Shown here: piece by piece, positions 25,001-34,162 of the stretch | Layout of the letters: each line of letters opens with the position of its first letter | How positions within the stretch are numbered: position 1 is the stretch's first letter | Assembly (NCBI GenBank): GCA_002269645.1 | Contig: NIVC01001371.1 | Location: forward strand, 62,001-126,000 | DNA: 64,000 nucleotides | Origin: Macrostomum lignano | Taxonomy: Eukaryota | Direction: 5' to 3' | Program-made: the position numbers and the translations under genes | The notes under the pieces: model-generated | Seen by the model: the letters and a program-made list of their open reading frames with translations, nothing else | What the model was told of the DNA's origin: nothing | Database searches by the model: none

Positions 25001-28000
25001 ATTTACAATGTAGCTCATACTTCCCCACCACCCCAGCAGCGCTCCTGAAAGGGAGCAGCGCCTTGCAGACAGGCAGCGATCAATAAGCAGTAAAGAGTCG
25101 TGACTAAAATTCAAAACGCTGTTTACAGTCAAATTAGTCCTTCAATCCACGCGCGCTCACTTGTACGTGCCGCCAGCAGTAATTGCAATCTCGTATTATT
25201 TTGCTTTCCTCTGTCTGCAGTGCCTTTTGATTCAGATTTAGGCGCTATGAACGAATTCAAATGTTCATAGCAGTTGGCAAGGGGGATCACTGCCACCTGT
25301 GCCAGTTTGCGCTGATGATAGTGCACGTCCAGCTTCCCTCCCGATTTGAAACTTGCAAAACTAAACTGTTCTCAAACTTACTTGAGAGAACGGTAAGTGG
25401 CAGGTTGAGGATTTTAGTCCCACCTGTAAGGATTAATAAGCATATTTTAATTTCTGGGAAATACCTTTTGCCTTTTGGGTGGAACAGTGTAACCGGTCAA
25501 TAGTATCTGGAGGGGGCTCTAGCCTAGTGGTTAGAGCGTCGGAATCACGACTTGAAGGTCGGGGGTTCGATTTCCGATCCCACTCGGAACAATTTGTGTC
25601 CTTGAGCAAGACACTTAACTCTGCATTGCTTCAGTTCACCTAGCTGTAAAATGGGTGCCAGCATTAGCTGGGGTTATTGAGGGTGTGTGGCGACCCCCCA
25701 GTCCTCGGACTGAACAGCCGTACGCAGCCTTCAGATACGCCGCGCAATAGCTGCGGCTGAGCTGTCGGCTGCACATCCGCTCATCAGGGCAGGTGCAATG
25801 TATTATTACTATCATTATTATATAGCATTCGAAAAAAGATTCTGGACACCCACCATCATAAGCGCAAACTGGCAAATATTCTGATTCTGAAAAAAGCTGG
25901 GTCAACCACCTCCCTCGCTTTTTTAGGTCGTAGTTTGCTGCCTTCCCCATTGTTCCAATTTCTCCTTCCCTCCTCCTGCTTACTTCCCCCAAATTGCAAA
26001 TGGGGTGTGCGTGCCAAATAGGCATTATTTTCCATATTTGCGCATTTAATAAGTCCAGCGACACTCGACAATAGTATGCATTTCTACCCATATTCCTGTT
26101 TACTGCAAGATGCACCACTGAAGACGGCGTGATTTCTCATGCTCTTCTGCGCAAAGTTAATAAATAATAATCAGATATTTTGCAACATTCAGATATTTGG
26201 GAATATTTTTCATACATGATTTCAATTGCCGAATATAAATGAGAATCAGAGCGTGGATTAGACGGCTGATGCTGCAGGACTGGCAGGCCAACCCCCTAAG
26301 GCACAGTGAAGTGTACATGCCTAACGATAAATAAAATTAGGGCCGCTGTACACTCCTGTGTGAGTGCGTGCCTGTGCGTATGACTGCGTACGTATCCGCG
26401 CGCTTGTGTGCCTGCTCAGGACCGCTGGTAAAGTTCAAATGGACGGAAACCGGGGCCACATTAGCGTTCAATTTACTCCAGCTTCCAGTCCACCGTCGCC
26501 ATTTCAAGAAGTCCCTGAAAAATCCCGCCTCGCTAATGATGCTCTTGCTATTCTCCCCCAATCTTTTTCCCTGTCAGCCTCCCAGCATCTCTCCTCCCAG
26601 CGCTTTGCCCCTCTGCTCACTGACCATGTCTTCAGCACTGAGAGGCAGTGGCTGTGTGCACCCTGGCAACTGCATTCAACCATAGCTAGTAAAGGCAATC
26701 GCAGTGGATAATAATTTCTTTAAAAATCAGCACCAAGCTAGCAGTCTTGCGATAAGCAAGGAGCAAAAATTATTCATGGAAAACAATTAAAAAAGCACAT
26801 TTTCTTTTCTTAAGCGCATTTCCTTCTTTCCTTCTTCCTTCTCCAAGACAGCAAGAAAACATCCCCAAGACAGCAAGCATCCCCCCAGATAGCAAGCATC
26901 CCCCCAGATAGCAAGCATCCCCCGGATAGCAAGCATCCCCCAGATAGCAAGCATCCCCCAGATAGCAAGCATCCCCCAGATAGCAAGCATCCCCCAGATA
27001 GCAAGCATCCCCCGGATAGCAAGCATCCACCCAGATAGCAAGCATCCACCCAGATAGCAAGCATCCCCCGGATAGCAAGCATCCCCCCAGATAGCAAGCA
27101 TCCCCCGGATAGCAAGCATCCCCCAGATAGCAAGCATCCCCCCAGATAGCAAGCATCCCCCCAGATAGCAAGCATCCCCCGGATAGCAAGCATCCACCCA
27201 GATAGCAAGCATCCCCCCAGATAGCAAGCATCCCCCGGATAGCAAGCATCCCCCAGATAGCAAGCATCCCCCGGATAGCAAGCATCCACCCAGATAGCAA
27301 GCATCCCCCCAGATAGCAAGCATCCCCCAGATAGCAAGCATCCACCCAGATAGCAAGCATCCCCCAGATAGCAAGCATCCCCCGGATAGCAAGCATCCCC
27401 CAGATAGCAAGCATCCCCCGGATAGCAAGCATCCACCCAGATAGCAAGCATCCCCCCAGATAGCAAGCATCCCCCGGATAGCAAGCATCCCCCCAGATAG
27501 CAAGCATCCCCCGGATAGCAAGCATCCACCCAGATAGCAAGCATCCCCCCAGATAGCAAGCATCCCCCAGATAGCAAGCATCCTCCCAGATAGCAAGCAT
27601 CCCCCCAGATAGCAAGCATCCCCCAGATAGCAAGCATCCACCCAGATAGCAAGCATCCACCCAGATAGCAAGCATCCTCCCAGATAGCAAGCATCCACCC
27701 AGATAGCAAGCCTACCCCGGATAGCAAGCATCCCCCCGGATAGCAAGCATCCCCCCGGATAGCAAGCATCCCCCCAGATAGCAAGCATCCCCCCAGATAG
27801 CAAGCATCCCCCGGATAGCAAGCATCCCCCGGATAGCAAGCATCCCCCCAGATAGCAAGCATCCCCCCAGATAGCAAGCATCCCCCGGATAGCAAGCATC
27901 CCCCAGATAGCAAGCATCCCCCAGATAGCAAGCATCCCCCGGATAGCAAGTATCCACCCAGATAGCAAGCATCCCCCCAGATAGCAAGCATCCCCCAGAT

Positions 28001-31000
28001 AGCAAGCATCCTCCCAGATAGCAAGCATCCCCCCAGATAGCAAGCATCCGCCCAGATAGCAAGCATCCCCCAGATAGCAAGCATCCACCCAGATAGCAAG
28101 CATCCACCCAGATAGCAAGCATCCCCCAGATAGCAAGCATCCACCCAGATAGCAAGCCTACCCCGGATAGCAAGCATCCCCCCGGATAGCAAGCATCCCC
28201 CCAGATAGCAAGCATCCCCCCAGATAGCAAGCATCCTCCCAGATAGCAAGCATCCCCCGGATAGCAAGCATCCCCCCGGATAGCAAGCATCCGCCCAGAT
28301 AGCAAGCATCCCCCAGATAGCAAGCATCCCCCGGATAGCAAGCATCCACCCAGATAGCAAGCATCCCCCCAGATAGCAAGCATCCACCCAGATAGCAAGC
28401 CTACCCCGGATAGCAAGCATCCCCCCAGATAGCAAGCATCCCCCAGATAGCAAGCATCCCCCAGATAGCAAGCATCCTCCCAGATAGCAAGCATCCCCCG
28501 GATAGCAAGCATCCCCCGGATAGCAAGCATCCCCCAGATAACAAGCATCCCCCAGATAGCAAGCATCCCCCGATAGCAAGCATCCCCCAGATAGCAAGCA
28601 TCCCCCGGATAGCAAGCATCCCCCGGATAGCAAGCATCCCCCAGATAGCAAGCATCCCCCAGATAGCAAGCATCCTCCAGATAGCAAGCATCCTCCCAGA
28701 TAGCAAGCATCCCCCCAGATAGCAAGCATCCCCCAGATAGCAAGCATCCACCCAGATAGCAAGCATCCACCCAGATAGCAAGCATCCACCCAGATAGCAA
28801 GCATCCACCCAGATAGCAAGCATCCCCCCAGATAGCAAGCATCCCCCAGATAGCAAGCATCCCCCAGATAGCAAGCATCCACCCAGATAGCAAGCATCCA
28901 CCCAGATAGCAAGCATCCGCCCAGATAGCAAGCATCCACCCAGATAGCAAGCATCCCCCGGATAGCAAGCATCCCCCCAGATAGCAAGCATCCCCCCAGA
29001 TAGCAAGCATCCTCCCAGATAGCAAGCATCCACCCAGATAGCAAGCATCCCCCGGATAGCAAGCATCCCCCCAGATAGCAAGCATCCCCCCAGATAGCAA
29101 GCATCCCCCGGATAGCAAGCATCCCCCCAGATAGCAAGCATCCCCCAGATAGCAAGCATCCCCCGGATAGCAAGCATCTACCCAGATAGCAAGCATCCCC
29201 CCAGATAGCAAGCATCCCCCAGATAGCAAGCATCCTCCCAGATAGCAAGCATCCCCCCAGATAGCAAGCATCCCCCAGATAGCAAGCATCCACCCAGATA
29301 GCAAGCATCCACCCAGATAGCAAGCATCCACCCAGATAGCAAGCATCCACCCAGATAGCAAGCATCCACCCAGATAGCAAGCATCCCCCAGATAGCAAGC
29401 ATCCCCCAGATAGCAAGCATCCCCCAGATAGCAAGCATCCACCCAGATAGCAAGCTTCCCCCGGATAGCAAGCATCCCCCCAGATAGAAAGCATCCCCCA
29501 GATAGCAAGCATCCCCCAGATAGCAAGCATCCCCCAGATAGCAAGCATCCTGCAGATAGCAAGCATCCTGCATATAGCAAGAATCTACGAGTATAAATAG
29601 CAAGCATCCTGCAGATAGCAAGCATCCTGCATATAGCAAGAATCTACGAGTATAAATAGCAAGCATCCCTGGATAGAGAAATCCCATACATGTAGGTACA
29701 TGTAGCCAGTCCCCCCCTCTCCCTAATAGCAAGTAACCCCTCCCCCTCGAGAGCAAGCATCCCCCCGATAGTAAGCAACATCAGACAGCAAGTAGCTAGT
29801 GCAAATATTTCCTCCACTAATCCAACAATCGCTTTCTAAGGTCGTGCAATAATCCATACCTCAGCTAGCGCAAAATTCTCTTTTTCATCAGCGCAATAAT
29901 CCGCTTCTCAGCTAGTTAAATAATCATTCTCTCATCTGGTGGAATCATCCTCTCGTAGAAATGAAGTTCTGCGACCAAAATTTTTTATTAGAGGCAGGGG
30001 CTGTGTGCACCCTGGCGCCCTTTAAGCGACATTGTCACAACCGGCGAGAGGCATTGCTGCCCATTCCGCCGACTCCCCTGAGCAGGCACACAAGCGCGCG
30101 GATACGTACGCAGTCACACGCACAGGCACACACTCACACAGGAGTGTACAGCGGCCCTAACTATTTATCTTATTTATCTTTAGGCATGTACATTTCACAG
30201 TGCCTTGAGGGTTGGGCCTCAATGACGTTAATTGCACGAGCAGAGCCAAGCCGAGATTCCAATTCAGCCCCAAATTAATGTGACTGCACTTGGAATCGAG
30301 CCTGGGCCGCTGGCACATCAGAGCGCCAGGCTGGACTACTGGGCTACGGCACCCCTCTTTACCAGTGGTTCTTTTTACTTGTGGTCTCCTCATCAACAGC
30401 GATAGAGGCTATTGTCATGATCAATTCCATCGTTCGCTCGTACTTTCCTGGAAACTGCCCAATTCCCTCACAGGTTTTTCAGATTCAAGCAATGCCATTA
30501 AAATCACAGACCATCCAAATTCACGGAGCTGCCAATCCTGTCTGAGCTGGTCACCGAGGGCCAATCTTTGACTAATAGTTCGAATCGGCTGCGGAAGCTT
30601 CGGGCGTCGTCGATCGCGGCGTCGCCATAGCGACCGGAGTCCGGCAGGAGGAAGTGCGAATGGTTGTGGTCCAGGCTGATGCTGGATTGATCATCGCTCT
30701 CCATCAAGTACTTGGCCGGGTAGCAGCCCTACGAGTAATTTTTTTTGAAGATTGCAAATTTTTCCGCCTGTGGATGCATAGTCTACTGATGGTAAGTAAC
30801 AGCGCTAGAATTATATTTTCATTCTTTTCAGGCATATCTTAGCAATTTACCATTCAGGCGAGTCACATTGGGTACAGTTTCACAGTGTCCTCTCGAATCC
30901 ATAAAAGACAGTTTAAACAAAATAAACGAATCACACAGGAGTGAATATCGTTTAGTGAATCTCACAGTGGGGAATCTCACAGGGACCGAATCTCACAGGG

Positions 31001-33056
31001 ACCGAATCTCACAGAGACCGAATCTCACAGGGACCGAATCTCACAGAGACCGAATCTCACAGGGACCGAATCTCACAGGGACCGAATCTCACAGAGACCG
31101 AATCTCACAGAGACCGAATCTCACAGAGACCGAATCTCACAGGGACCGAATCTCACAGGGACCGAATCTCACAGAGACCGAATCTCACAGGGACCGAATC
31201 TCACAAGGACCGAATCTCACAGTTGCGAAAATAAGTAAGGCGATTCCTATGGTGCCAATCTCTCACCATGTAGGTGTCTGAAGCCAGGCTGGGCCTGTTG
31301 GCCACCCGGCCCCAAGGGCTGATGCCGATGGCCAAGATTGAGTCTTCGCCGTAGGCATCGCAATAATCTCGGACAGCCTGGCCGGACAGCTCGGACAGGC
31401 CGCCGTATCCGTCCGTGACGACCCAGGCGCCTTCGGGCAAGATCAGTTGCTACATGTAGACTTAGCTGATTTGAGTCTGAGACATGCAATGGCCAAGAAC
31501 TTGATTTCACATACCCGATCCACCGGCCGCCTTCCACAGGCCCTTCTGCCAGACGCTCTTGAAGGCAGTCTTGTCGATCTCAGTGCCATAGACGCTGATC
31601 ACCAGGGAGGGTTTGACGAGGCCCCAGTGCCCCGTTAGCACCGACATCAGGGCTTCGTCCGCTGTGCTCTGGCTGACTCGGAAGTACTGTAAAAAAGTAC
31701 GTTGCTTTTTGTTGCCATTTTGCTTTTTATAGAGTTATTAAACAATAGACTTTATTAAATTACCTCCCTTTCCCTCATCTGTCTTAAACTGTTCTCATTC
31801 TCTCTTACCTGTTCTCATACTCTCTCATCTGTCATCATACTGTCTCACCTGTTCTCATACTCTTTCACCTGTTCTCATAGTCTGTCACCTGTTCTCATAC
31901 TCTTTCACCTGTTCTCATAGTCTGTCACCTGTTCTCGTACTCTCTCACCTGTTCTCATACTCTTTCACCTGTTCTCATAGTCTGTCACCTGTTCTCGTAC
32001 TCTCTCACCTGTTCTCATACTCTTTCACCTGTTCTCATAGTCTGTCACCTGTTCTCGTACTCTCTCACCTGTTCTCATACTCTTTCACCTGTTCTCATAT
32101 CTGTCACCTGTTCTCGTACTCTCTCACCTGTTCTCATACTCTCTCACCTGTTCTCATACTCTCTCACCTGTTCTCATACTCTCTCAACTGTTCTCATTCT
32201 CTCTTCTCCTGTTCTCATACTCTCTCACCTGTTCTCATACTCTCTCACCTGTTCTCATACTCTCTCACCTGTTCTCATACTCTCTCACCTGTTCTCATAC
32301 TCGCTTATCTGTCATCATACTCTGTCACCTGTTCTCGTACTCTCTCACCTGTCCTCATACTCTCTCACCTGTTCTCGTACTCTCTCACCTGTCCTCATAC
32401 TCCTCACCTGTCCTCATACTCTCTCACCTGTTCTCGTACTCTCTCACCTGTCCTCATACTCCTCACCTGTCCTCATTTTCCCTCACCACTCTTATAAGTC
32501 AACCCCAACCCAATCACCAGAATATTTTTCTTTGGATTTTCCACCTCTCGCCCTAACTTTCACATTCCAATCCACACACCTGAGCTGTGTTACCCAATCC
32601 GGAGAATTCCATTTCGCCGAAGCAGTTGTTCACCAGCTCGACTGTGTCACCTTCGCGACTCCACGCGTGCCGGCTGGGCAGCTGAGAGGCTGGCAGCTCG
32701 TGCGTGTCCGCCGGCTGGCCGCACGGACACACCGGGGAGGTCGAGCCGTTGCTACGGGTGTCGTTAGTTGTATAACTCTGTTAGACCCGATAAGACACCC
32801 GTCCAGCACTCACACAGTCTCACGCAGACTCCATAAGACACCCATCCAGCATCCACACAGTCTCACGCAGACTCCATAAGACACCCATCCTGTAACAAAG
32901 TCTGTGTGGCTTGCAGAGAGAAAAAAACCTCTTAGAGCTGGCCAAGCCTAGCTCTCTCAATAAATACCAGTTTATTTTCCAGCCTGACTAGGCTGACCAA
33001 TCAGCCGCTACCTCTGGCGTGCTCGCGCTCCAGAGTATGCACATGCGCGAGTACAA

Positions 33057-33090
<34 letters not shown>

Positions 33091-33895
33091 CCCCCCATCC
33101 CCCACTCTGCACAGAAAGCGAAACGCAGTCACCACACATCCAGCATCCACACAGTCTCACGCAGAGCCCATAAGACAACCATCCAGCACCCACACAGTCT
33201 CACGCAGACCCCATCAGACACCCATCCAGCACCCACACAGTCTCACGCAGACTCCATAAGACACCCATCCAGCATCCACACAGTCTCACGCAGACACCAT
33301 CAGACACCCATCCAGCACCCACACAGTCTCACGCAGACCCCATGAGACGCCAATTCTACCTCCACTCCATTCTCAAACTCGTAAAGACAGCTTCTCTTAT
33401 GCTACTCATTCATTTTCTTCCTACTCACTCAAGGCCGGCCTCTAACAGCGGCTGCGGCGGCATCCGGTAGGTGCACACCAGCCGAGTCAAGCGCAGCTGC
33501 GCCGGCATCTGGGTCAGCAGGGCCCCAGTCTCCGGGCTCACCAGCTGACCCAGCAACTGAACGGCCGGATTTATCTCGCCACCATCGTCCGATCTTTCAT
33601 CCTCCAGATAATTGAGAATCGTTTTGCCTTCCTGCAATGCGGGTGATTGATTTGCAACAGTAATATTTAGGGTAGAGCAGTGAACTAACTAAACAACTAA
33701 CTGACTAACTAACTGACTGACTGACTGACTTACTAACTAACTAACTAACTAACTAACTCTAACTAACTAACTAACTAACTCTAACTAACTAACTAACTAA
33801 CTCTAACTAACTAACTAACTCTAACTAACTAACTAACTAACTAACTAACTGACTAACTAACTAACTAACTAACTGACTGACTGACTGACTGAATT

Positions 33896-33938
<43 letters not shown>

Positions 33939-33939
33939 G

Positions 33940-33990
<51 letters not shown>

Positions 33991-33991
33991 G

Positions 33992-34030
<39 letters not shown>

Positions 34031-34103
34031 GACTGACTGACTTACTAACTAACTAACTAACTAACTGACTAACTAACTAACTAACTAACTAACTGACTGA
34101 CTT

Positions 34104-34162
<59 letters not shown>

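Noticed and set aside
25512-25585. Possible tRNA gene
   Set aside because: Acceptor and anticodon stems do not pair properly, and the sequence runs into a SINE core.
26770-29756. ORFs up to 918 aa
   Set aside because: Translation of the 18-19-bp minisatellite; no domain content.
24791-30555. In-frame TRPM-FkbM fusion by alternative splicing
   Set aside because: The FkbM acceptor needs a phase-2 donor, but the modelled TRPM donors are phase 0 (30555) and phase 1 (30363).
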